A stretch of 64,000 bases of DNA, from contig DATCRQ010000001.1 in the NCBI GenBank assembly GCA_036568905.1, forward strand, positions 430,399-494,398, written 5' to 3'. The notes under the pieces are model-generated. The model had not been told where the DNA came from, made no database searches, and was given only the letters and a program-made list of their open reading frames with translations. Origin of the DNA: Candidatus Saccharimonadales bacterium (lineage in GTDB: Bacteria > Patescibacteriota > Saccharimonadia > Saccharimonadales > UBA4665). Shown here piece by piece: positions 26,391 through 34,669 of this stretch. Numbering within the stretch: position 1 is the first letter of the stretch; the number at the start of each line of letters is the position of its first letter. The translations under genes and the position numbers were made by a program.

Positions 26391-27593
26391 TTGAAAACTA
26401 TGATCCCCAGGCATAAACGACTTTTACAGAAGCGTCTGAAACCACTCTACATTGCCATGTTTTTCCAAGGCTTTGTACTATGGTATCCAGTCGAAAAGCT
26501 CTTCATGACGCGCATCGGTTTCAACGATGAGACAGTCGCAATTGAGACGATGATACTTACGGTCGTCATGATCGTGGTGAATATACCCGTAGGTGTGATA
26601 GCTGACCGGTGGAGTCGCAAAGGGATTCTCATTACCGCCAGCGTCGCACTTATGGCCTGTGACTTGCTCGGCGGCCTCAGCCATGGGTTCTGGATATATG
26701 TCGCCTCTGCAGCTTGCTGGGGTATATTTTCCGCATGTAATTCAGGGGTATACGACTCAGTCGTATACGACACTCTCATAGAGGAGGTCGGTACGGCGAA
26801 CAGGTTCGCCCAATACTACGGCAGGCTCCAGTTTTTTGACGGCATTGCCCTCATGCTGGGATCCCTTCTGAGCGGCACCGTAACGTACGCTTTCGGCCTA
26901 CGTAGTGCTTATCTACTGACTATCCCGCTCAGTTTTTGCTCAATCATCGCGCTTGCATATTTCAGAGAGCCGAAGGAACACAAGCAAGGCGAAGCACCCC
27001 TCGTCGGCGCACACCTCAAGATAATCTTCCAATCAATTGCGCGGAAGGGGGATGTCTTTTGGATTGTACTGACGCTTATACTGGCAACCGCTAACATACG
27101 CCTCATGTTTGAGTTCGATCAACTCTGGCTCATAGCGCTGGCTCTGCCAGTGCTGCTGTATGGGCCAGTAAACGCGCTATTGCTGACGAGCATCAGCTCG
27201 GGCGGCATGATCGCCGGCTCGCTGAAGCAACCCTATACCATCTTTGCTGCCGGGATTATCTTGGTAATGAGCAGCCTATGCTTATTAACGAGGCAGCGCC
27301 TGCTCATCATTATTGCGCAGACGATTTTACTGACAGGGTACCTAGCGTTCCAAGTTGTGTTTGGCAAATATTTGCACGACACGCTACCCTCCAAAATACG
27401 AGTCGGCGCATCTTCCGTAGTAACAACCGTCGGGTACGTACTCTTCTTGCCAGCCGCCTTTGTCTTTGGAGAAATAAGTAAACGGCTAAATATTTTCCAT
27501 GCGGCGTGGGTCATTATCGGCATCGTTATAGCAATGGTGATAAGCGCAAATGTAGCGATGCTGTCCCGGCCGCAGAGAGCCGGGAATAACTAA
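26391..27593 (+). CDS. MFS transporter
   Basis: 400 aa with about 12 TM helices. Loop motif GVIADRWSRKGIL (MFS D-R-x-G-R-K-like). It starts 1 to 10 nt after the ATP-grasp stop (TTG 26391 or ATG 26400). Confidence 0.8.
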   Translation: MKTMIPRHKRLLQKRLKPLYIAMFFQGFVLWYPVEKLFMTRIGFNDETVAIETMILTVVMIVVNIPVGVIADRWSRKGILITASVALMACDLLGGLSHGFWIYVASAACWGIFSACNSGVYDSVVYDTLIEEVGTANRFAQYYGRLQFFDGIALMLGSLLSGTVTYAFGLRSAYLLTIPLSFCSIIALAYFREPKEHKQGEAPLVGAHLKIIFQSIARKGDVFWIVLTLILATANIRLMFEFDQLWLIALALPVLLYGPVNALLLTSISSGGMIAGSLKQPYTIFAAGIILVMSSLCLLTRQRLLIIIAQTILLTGYLAFQVVFGKYLHDTLPSKIRVGASSVVTTVGYVLFLPAAFVFGEISKRLNIFHAAWVIIGIVIAMVISANVAMLSRPQRAGNN

Positions 27594-27615
27594 TTACAAT
27601 CGAGCCAGGACCCTA

Positions 27616-28053
27616 TCAGGAAAACGTGGCCAGCTGGTTGAACGACCCGAGAGCACCAGCAGAGGCCGAAGGCGAGGGCATAACACACACGCCCGGCGAG
27701 GTTGGCGTTTGATGGTTGGCAAAACTCGTCGCAGTATGCGTCCTGACCTCTGGCGTAGTCGTGTCTATCCTGCAATGCTCGCCGTTTGGTAATTCCCACG
27801 TCATAAAACTTAGTCCATTCGACCCTGCATCTTGAGCAACATTGTTCATCTCAATATTTTCGGCGTTCGGATATGCCTTTCGTATCGCTTCTGTCGTAGA
27901 GACGTTCGCCTGTGCTTTGTGAGTATATACACTAACACCGGCAGCCTCAACATTAGCGCAAGCAGTAGCTACGCTGCCAGCTAAGGCTGCACATGCCAGC
28001 GTAAGTGCTGCGCGTTTTCCGTTTCTATATTCTGCCTTGGATCGAGATTCCAT
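27616..28053 (-). CDS. Hypothetical lipoprotein
   Basis: 145 aa. AALTLACAALAGSVATAC signal/lipobox region. Confidence 0.5.
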   Translation of the reverse strand: MESRSKAEYRNGKRAALTLACAALAGSVATACANVEAAGVSVYTHKAQANVSTTEAIRKAYPNAENIEMNNVAQDAGSNGLSFMTWELPNGEHCRIDTTTPEVRTHTATSFANHQTPTSPGVCVMPSPSASAGALGSFNQLATFS

Positions 28054-28194
28054 ATAGCCCCCAATTTATTTAGTTAGGAGTATATATAACTTCTCGCAAT
28101 TGGCAAACAGGGAAGAGATGCCGAAAATCGAGACTCAGTCAGCCTTTCCGCAGATTACTCATGTAACGTATAATGAGTAGTTAGAAGTCGACCC

Positions 28195-29412
28195 ATGAAA
28201 CGAAGACGCACAAAAGAACAGAACACAGCATCTCGGCCCGACGGTTTCGTCCCATTCAGTGTGAACCATAGCCTGCCAAATCCTGCATACGGCCTTGGCG
28301 CTGAACGCCGCCGAATCAATCCTGAACCCCAACAAATACTACAGGCACCACCGGAACCCGAGAAACGCAAACGTCGTTGGGGAAAGATCTTCAAACGCAC
28401 CTTTTTGACCGTCGTCCTTCTAGCGATTATCGGCGGTGGCTGGGTGACGTGGAAATTCGTATCCAACGAAGTCAAGGTCTTCGGCTGGGACGGTTTGTGG
28501 AGCCTCATTCATCCCGGGCCGCTCAACAACCAAAACGGCCGCGTTAACATTTTGCTTGCGGGTGATTCCGTCGGCCGAACGGACGGCGGTGGCGGGCAAC
28601 AGCTAACTGACTCCATTATGATTGTCAGCATTGATACACAAAACCATACGGCATTCTTCCTGAGCGTTCCGCGCGACATGTACGTAGACATTCCGGGCTT
28701 TGCTTCCTCTAAAATAAACGCTGCTGCCGAAGACGGCGCGAGCGCATACGGCAGCCATCCGGAGTACGACGCTAACGGCATGGGACTTTTGTCGCAGGTC
28801 GTCTCGCAAAAGATGGGCATTACGGTTGATTACTACGCGTTGGTCGATTACGCCGCGTTCGAGAACGCCGTGGATGCCGTGGGCGGCATCAGCGTCAACA
28901 TTCAGAGTTCCGATTCGCGAGGTTTATACGACCCGAGCGTTACATCTCCAACCGACAGCCGGCCGCTTGTTGACCTCACCAATGGCGTACATAAGCTCAA
29001 TGGCCAGGAAGCCCTCGGCCTGGCCCGCGCACGCGGCGACTCGGCCGGGTCGTACGGCTACGGGCAGAGCGACTTCACGCGTACGCAAAACCAACGCGAG
29101 ATGCTCATTGCCATTGAGGACAAAGCCGTGACGGCCGGCGTGCTTTCCAACCCCATAAAGCTCGGCAACCTCTTTGACTCGTTTGGAAGTAACATTGAAA
29201 CCGATATGACGCTTGGCAACGCCCGCGAGCTGTATAACGTGTTCAAGAAAATACCGAGCGCCAGCATTGCCTCGGAAAGCCTGAACAGTGCCAACGGCCA
29301 CGACTTGCTCACCGGCAAAGTCATAAAAGGTCAGGACGTGCTGGTGCCGGCTGCGGGTACCGGCGACTTTAGCGCGATCCAAGCGTTTGTAGCGCAGCTC
29401 AGCGGGCAATAG
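28195..29412 (+). CDS. LytR-CpsA-Psr (LCP) family glycopolymer-peptidoglycan ligase
   Basis: 405 aa. Basic cytoplasmic tail, one TM helix, then VNILLAGDSVGR...LTDSIMIVSIDTQNHTAFFLSVPRDMYVDIPG...KINAA, the LCP core. Confidence 0.85.
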   Translation: MKRRRTKEQNTASRPDGFVPFSVNHSLPNPAYGLGAERRRINPEPQQILQAPPEPEKRKRRWGKIFKRTFLTVVLLAIIGGGWVTWKFVSNEVKVFGWDGLWSLIHPGPLNNQNGRVNILLAGDSVGRTDGGGGQQLTDSIMIVSIDTQNHTAFFLSVPRDMYVDIPGFASSKINAAAEDGASAYGSHPEYDANGMGLLSQVVSQKMGITVDYYALVDYAAFENAVDAVGGISVNIQSSDSRGLYDPSVTSPTDSRPLVDLTNGVHKLNGQEALGLARARGDSAGSYGYGQSDFTRTQNQREMLIAIEDKAVTAGVLSNPIKLGNLFDSFGSNIETDMTLGNARELYNVFKKIPSASIASESLNSANGHDLLTGKVIKGQDVLVPAAGTGDFSAIQAFVAQLSGQ

Positions 29413-29479
29413 TAAGCGCTCGTCAACGCCTTAGACATGAGGATGGGCGCAGCGGATTTTGGCAAGACGCGCCGGAATA

Positions 29480-30643
29480 TTATTTTGCTGCGGCGATGGC
29501 TTTTTGGTAAGCCGCGTAAGCCGGCTTCGGCGTGCCGTCGGCACGGACGAGGCCGTAGCTCATTTCGGCATTTGGCTGTGACGGACCTACGGCGGACGAA
29601 TCTTGATAATCGTACCAAAAGAACGGGCCGGCGTAGGACAGTGATTCGTAAGCCTTAACGGCTGCCGTAACGATGTCGGCCTGCGCCGATTCGCTCACAT
29701 GGTCGACGCCGCCACGGTCATCCTGCGTGCCGGCTTCCGCCGCGCCAATGCCCGCGCCGCTAGTTGGCGCGCCGTATTCCGTAATCCAAATCTTCTTCCA
29801 GCCGTCGCCATTTTTCTCCATGATTTTATGCAGCGCAGGAAGTTCCTGCCAACTGCCGGCCATAGCGTCGGAGGCCAAAAGCGGAAACGTGTACGGGTGC
29901 ATGGCAATCGCTTCAAAGTAACCTTTGGCGCCGGCAGCGTACATACCGTTAAGAAACGTCGTCGCGGCAATGTCATCACCACTAGAGCCGGTGCCGCTCA
30001 AACCAGCCGCGATAACAGCAGCATAAGGATTAGCCTTATGAATTGCTACATACGCTTGCTTGAGCAACGCTGTGTACGCCGCAGGATTCGGCGCCGAAGG
30101 CCAAAAGTCAGTCCAGTTCGGCTCATTCCAAATCTCCCACGCGTGCAAACCTTGCGGCGCATAACGGCCGGCAACGGCTCCGGCGAAGGCCGCGTACTGA
30201 GCATCGTTTGCCGGAGGAGTTTGCGTGCCGCGAGGGCCGGAACTTTGTGCCCACGCCGGGCTGTAGTCAATCACACCCAAGCCCTTCAACCCGGCCACCT
30301 TAATTGCCGCGGCAACACGGTCGTACGCCGTCCAGTTGTAAGATGCCGGGCCGTTCGGCTGCACAACCGCCCAGTCCACATCAAACCGTACCCACGTTAC
30401 GCCGAGTTTTTTCACGCCGGCCAAGCGCGACGTCAGCTGCGCCGAGGTAAGATTCGTAAGCGACCAGCCCGGCTCCACGCCAAACTGCGGATCGAGATTC
30501 GCCGCAGTGTTCACCGACTGCACGCACAACGCGCCGCCGCACAGCCACGGCACCGCGAGCACGCCGGCCGTACCGAGCACCAAAGCGCTCACCATGCCCA
30601 CCAGCCAAAACCGTGTACGCACGCGACGAAATGTATGCATCAA
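29480..30643 (-). CDS. Secreted glycoside hydrolase, GH5/GH39-like (beta/alpha)8 barrel
   Basis: 387 aa with a signal anchor. VTWVRFDVDWAVVQP and the acid/base motif HAWEIWNEPNW. A later WITEYG fits a nucleophile Glu. Confidence 0.75.
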   Translation of the reverse strand: MMHTFRRVRTRFWLVGMVSALVLGTAGVLAVPWLCGGALCVQSVNTAANLDPQFGVEPGWSLTNLTSAQLTSRLAGVKKLGVTWVRFDVDWAVVQPNGPASYNWTAYDRVAAAIKVAGLKGLGVIDYSPAWAQSSGPRGTQTPPANDAQYAAFAGAVAGRYAPQGLHAWEIWNEPNWTDFWPSAPNPAAYTALLKQAYVAIHKANPYAAVIAAGLSGTGSSGDDIAATTFLNGMYAAGAKGYFEAIAMHPYTFPLLASDAMAGSWQELPALHKIMEKNGDGWKKIWITEYGAPTSGAGIGAAEAGTQDDRGGVDHVSESAQADIVTAAVKAYESLSYAGPFFWYDYQDSSAVGPSQPNAEMSYGLVRADGTPKPAYAAYQKAIAAAK

Positions 30644-30826
30644 ACCACCCTTAGCATTATTCTTATGCTACGCGCCGTGCCGCGTTTGTGCAAATTACAC
30701 AACAGTATAAAGAGGCGTTGACATCAAAAATCGTACGAAAAATATACGCGCCGAGGGAAAGTATTGTACAATGCGGATGGGCCGCTGCAACGCGGCATTT
30801 TGAGTTAGTGCTAAAGGCAAGGAATC

Positions 30827-31297
30827 ATGGCAGGGCAACGCAAATCTATTGGGCGACGCTGGCTCACGGCTTATGCACTTTTGGCCGTTCTTCTAATTGC
30901 GTGTGCCTTCGCCCATTCCGCTATTGCCCGGCAACTCAACGATTGGAAAGTCCTGCCTCAACCTGAGCGCCTTACCGAACTCTACTTTACGCATCCTACG
31001 GCGTTGCCCACAACCTACGCCGCCGGCCAAACGCAAACCGTCGCCTTCACGGCGCACAACCTTGAGCATCGCATCACAACCTACACATATAGTATTGCCG
31101 CAAACGACGAAACCGGCAACGCTTCGCAAACGCTCGCCCACGGCACGTTTACCTTGGCCGAAGACCAGACCAAAAACGTCACGGCAAACGTCACGCTGCC
31201 GGCGCTCGGCAATCGTGAGCAAATCACGGTCTCCCTCACCAACGTTTCTACATCCATTGATTATTGGTTAAACGTAGGAACGGAGGCGAAGACATGA
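30827..31297 (+). CDS. Signal-anchored beta-sandwich-like protein heading the glycan operon
   Basis: 156 aa. Anchor WLTAYALLAVLLIACAF, then a T/N-rich beta-type sequence. Its stop overlaps the next start (ATGA). Confidence 0.5.
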   Translation: MAGQRKSIGRRWLTAYALLAVLLIACAFAHSAIARQLNDWKVLPQPERLTELYFTHPTALPTTYAAGQTQTVAFTAHNLEHRITTYTYSIAANDETGNASQTLAHGTFTLAEDQTKNVTANVTLPALGNREQITVSLTNVSTSIDYWLNVGTEAKT

Positions 31298-32454
31298 AAA
31301 TGAAACACGCTACCGCAGCGCCCAAAAAAGTGGCACTGGTTTACGACGCAATTTATCCATTCATCAAAGGAGGCGGCGAACGGCGCTTCTACGAGCTTGG
31401 GCGATGCCTGGCCTCGCGCGGCTACGACGTGCATTTGTACGGCATGAAGCTGTGGGACGGCCCGAAGGTTATCCAATACGAAGGCATGACGTTGCACGGC
31501 ATTTCCAAACGGCGCGAGTTCTACGACGCGAGCGGCAAGCGCCACACGCGCCAGGCGCTGCTCTTTGGCCTGAGCTGCTTTAAACTGCTGGGCGAAGACT
31601 TCGACGTATTGGATTGCTGCGGCTTTCCGTACTTCTCACTTTTCCCGGCACGTTTGGCCGCCACCATCAAACGCAAACCGTTGTACGCAACGTGGCACGA
31701 AGTGTGGGGTCTCAAATATTGGCAAACGTATCTTGGCAAACCGCTCGGCTTCGTAGGTTTCGGGGTTGAATGGCTGGCCGCGCGTTTGCCGCAGCGCATC
31801 ATTACGAATTCAGAGCTTACGACGAATCGCTTGCGCACGGAACTCCATGCCAAGACGCCCGTCGCCATCGTGCCGAACGGCATCGACGTGCAGCATATCT
31901 TTGAACTTGAGCCGGCCGCGCAGAAATCCGACATCGTCTACGTTGGCCGCCTCACGACGAACAAAAACTTGCAGCTGCTTATCGAAGCGTTGGCTTTACT
32001 CAAGCAAAACGGCCGCACGCTCAGTTGCACGGTCATCGGCGACGGCCCGGAACGAGCGCGTTGGAAACGTTTGGCTAAAAAGCTGGACGTACAAAAGCAA
32101 ATTACGTGGATGGGCTTCATCGAAAAGAGTGAGGATGTGTACCGCCACATGAAGGCGTCGCGCGTTTTCGTGCTGCCTTCAGAGCGTGAGGGCTTTGGGA
32201 TCGTTGCACTTGAAGCAAATGCATGCGGTATTCCAGTGCTCACGCTCGATCACCCGGAAAACGCCACACGTGATTTCGTCACGCCAGGCAAAAACGGCAA
32301 CCTGTTTGAGCGCTCACCTGAGCACCTTGCTAAAAACATCACGCAAACGTTGGCCAGCAGCAAAGAGCTTTGGCGCGGCCGCTGCGCACGCGTCGCGCGG
32401 GACTTCGATTGGAAAAGCCTCACGACCAACTTGGCGAAGGTTTACGATCTATGA
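31294..32454 (+). CDS. Glycosyltransferase family 4
   Basis: GGAGG RBS then MKMKHATAAPKKVALVYDAIYPFIKGGGERR. C-terminal VLPSEREGFGIVALEANACGIPVL. The track ORF starts at 31264. Confidence 0.85.
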   Translation: MKMKHATAAPKKVALVYDAIYPFIKGGGERRFYELGRCLASRGYDVHLYGMKLWDGPKVIQYEGMTLHGISKRREFYDASGKRHTRQALLFGLSCFKLLGEDFDVLDCCGFPYFSLFPARLAATIKRKPLYATWHEVWGLKYWQTYLGKPLGFVGFGVEWLAARLPQRIITNSELTTNRLRTELHAKTPVAIVPNGIDVQHIFELEPAAQKSDIVYVGRLTTNKNLQLLIEALALLKQNGRTLSCTVIGDGPERARWKRLAKKLDVQKQITWMGFIEKSEDVYRHMKASRVFVLPSEREGFGIVALEANACGIPVLTLDHPENATRDFVTPGKNGNLFERSPEHLAKNITQTLASSKELWRGRCARVARDFDWKSLTTNLAKVYDL

Positions 32455-33572
32455 GCAAACTCACGGTATTACAAACACCCGTGCGTTTTTCGCCGGCCAT
32501 TGGCGGTGTGGAGAAATATGTCCTCGAACTTTCAAAGGACCTCGTGGCCGGTGGTGATGAGGTTATCGTCGTAAGTGCCGACGAGCCGCATGCCAACTCA
32601 CCGGCAAAAATCAACGGCATTACAAGCATTCGCCTGCCGTTCAAAACCAAAGTCGCCAACACCAACATTACGCCACACTTGTTCAAAGCATTGAAGGCGC
32701 AAAAGTTCGACGTCCTCCACACGCACATTCCGACGCCATGGAGCGCCGACATTTCAGCACTCGTGTCACTCGTCAAACGCAAGCCGCTCGTCGTAACTTA
32801 CCACAACGATTTGGTTGGCGACGGCATCGGCGGCCTCATCGCAAAGGCTTACAACGCCACACTTTTGCATTTTGTGTTGTGGCGCGCCAAGAAAATCATC
32901 ATCACGCAGGAAAAATACCTTGAGTATTCCGCACACCTTAAGCGGCATCGTCGTAAGGTCGCCGTCGTACCGCTCGGCGTCAATGAGCCTCAGAAGTTCA
33001 GTGTCAAACGCGACCAAAACCAACTTTTCTTCATGAGCGTGCTCGACAAATATCATGAATACAAAGGCCTTGACGTGTTGCTTGAGGCATTGGCGATCGT
33101 GCGCAAAGATTTTCCGAAGCTTCACCTCGTCGTAGGTGGCAAAGGCGAACTTATTGAAAAATACAAAGCGCAGGCGAAGGAACTTGGGATTGCTGACAGC
33201 GTAAAATTCCTTGGGCTTATAAGCGACGAGGAACGCGACAAAGCTTATGCGGCGAGCGGCGCGTTCGTGCTGCCTTCGACGAATTCACTTGAAGGTTTTG
33301 GCATCGTAGCGCTTGAGGCGCTTACGTACGGCACGCCGGTTATTACAACGTCGTTGGCCGGCAGCTCGGCGTACATCAAAGCCCACGATGCCGGCGTTGT
33401 CGTTCCGCCCAAGGATGTCAAAGCGTTGGCAGACGCGCTTCGTACGCTTTGCAAAGATCCGGGCAAGGCAAGGGAAATGGGCGAAAAAGGCCGCGCGTTT
33501 GCCGCAAAGGAATTCAGTTGGAAGGCCATCGCTGCGCAAATGCACCATATATATGAAGAGGCTGGCGCATGA
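32451..33572 (+). CDS. Glycosyltransferase family 4
   Basis: MSKLTVLQTPVRFSPAIGGVEKYV. VLPSTNSLEGFGIVALEALTYGTPVI. ATGA overlap with the previous gene. The track ORF starts at 32370. Confidence 0.85.
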   Translation: MSKLTVLQTPVRFSPAIGGVEKYVLELSKDLVAGGDEVIVVSADEPHANSPAKINGITSIRLPFKTKVANTNITPHLFKALKAQKFDVLHTHIPTPWSADISALVSLVKRKPLVVTYHNDLVGDGIGGLIAKAYNATLLHFVLWRAKKIIITQEKYLEYSAHLKRHRRKVAVVPLGVNEPQKFSVKRDQNQLFFMSVLDKYHEYKGLDVLLEALAIVRKDFPKLHLVVGGKGELIEKYKAQAKELGIADSVKFLGLISDEERDKAYAASGAFVLPSTNSLEGFGIVALEALTYGTPVITTSLAGSSAYIKAHDAGVVVPPKDVKALADALRTLCKDPGKAREMGEKGRAFAAKEFSWKAIAAQMHHIYEEAGA

Positions 33573-34669
33573 GCACGCGGCGCATCATTCAGGTTTCGGC
33601 GTATTATTTGCCGCACGTTGGCGGACAAGAATGGGCCGTGAAGGATCTCGCGACAAATTTGGCCGCGAACGGCAACGACGTTACGGTACTTACTTCAGAC
33701 CAAGGCGGCGAGGCTGGCACGCACGAAGAAAACGGCGTGAAAGTCGTACGTCTCAAGAGCGTTGAGTTCGCCCACACGGCCATCATGGGCGGGTTGTTTT
33801 TCGAGCTTCTCAAGTGCGCGGGCAAGGACGACGTCGTGCACGTGCACATCGGCCAAGCCTTCACGCCGGAAATCGTGTGGCTTGCTTCAAAGTTCAAACG
33901 CTTCAAGTACGTCGCCCAAATGCATATCGAGCCTACGGCGTCCGGGCCGGTCGGCTCGTTGCTTGCCGTGTACAAACGTATTTTCCTGAAGCGTGCGTTG
34001 CGTGCCGCGAGCGCTGTCATTGTCCTCAACAAAGAGCATAAGCAAATCATCGAGAAGAAGTACGGTTATCGCGGCAAAATTTCCGTCATGAACAACGGCA
34101 TGAACGAGGAATATTTCCAGCTCAAGCGCAAGCCGAAGCACGGCAAAGTTATCAACCTCTTCACGGTCGCGCGCTTTAGCCCGCAGAAAAACTTGCCGAT
34201 GCTTGTGGAAGCCTTAAAGTGGACGCGGCACAAAGTGCACCTCGACATTATTGGCGATGGCGAGGAACGGCCGAAGATCGAGGAAGCCATCCGCGAAAAT
34301 CATCTTGAGGAGCAGGTGACGTTGCACGGCCAGCTTGACCGTAGCGAAAACGTCGCGTTCTATGCGTCGTGCGACGCGTTCGTGCTGGCGTCTTTGTACG
34401 AAGCGCAGCCGCTTGTGTTGCTTGAGGCGATGGCTTCGCGTGCGCCGATTATCGGCACGAATGTGCAGGGCATTGGCGAGCACATCAAAGGCGTCGGATA
34501 TCTCGTGGAACCTACGGCGGCGTCGATTGCCGCGGGCATCGACGCATTTGCCGAAGACCCGACGCACGGCGAGCACTTCGCCGAGGCAGCCTTCAAAAAG
34601 GCGCAAGCCTTTCGTTGGAGCACGCTTCTCAAAAAATACGAAGCCATTTATAACGAGGTGAGCAAGTGA
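33569..34669 (+). CDS. Glycosyltransferase family 4
   Basis: 366 aa. IQVSAYYLPHVGGQEWAV. VLASLYEAQPLVLLEAMASRAPII. ATGA overlap upstream and GTGA overlap downstream. Confidence 0.85.
   Translation: MSTRRIIQVSAYYLPHVGGQEWAVKDLATNLAANGNDVTVLTSDQGGEAGTHEENGVKVVRLKSVEFAHTAIMGGLFFELLKCAGKDDVVHVHIGQAFTPEIVWLASKFKRFKYVAQMHIEPTASGPVGSLLAVYKRIFLKRALRAASAVIVLNKEHKQIIEKKYGYRGKISVMNNGMNEEYFQLKRKPKHGKVINLFTVARFSPQKNLPMLVEALKWTRHKVHLDIIGDGEERPKIEEAIRENHLEEQVTLHGQLDRSENVAFYASCDAFVLASLYEAQPLVLLEAMASRAPIIGTNVQGIGEHIKGVGYLVEPTAASIAAGIDAFAEDPTHGEHFAEAAFKKAQAFRWSTLLKKYEAIYNEVSK

Noticed and set aside
29699-30721. 340-aa plus-strand ORF antisense to the GH5-like gene. The same reasoning applies to 49733..50731, 59006..59896, 34629..35564, 681..1523, 1719..2522, 10778..11446, 40226..40918 and 42335..42994.
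   Set aside because: All are Arg-rich, motif-free and exactly co-extensive with well-supported genes on the other strand. Long antisense frames are expected from GC-rich third-position codon usage.
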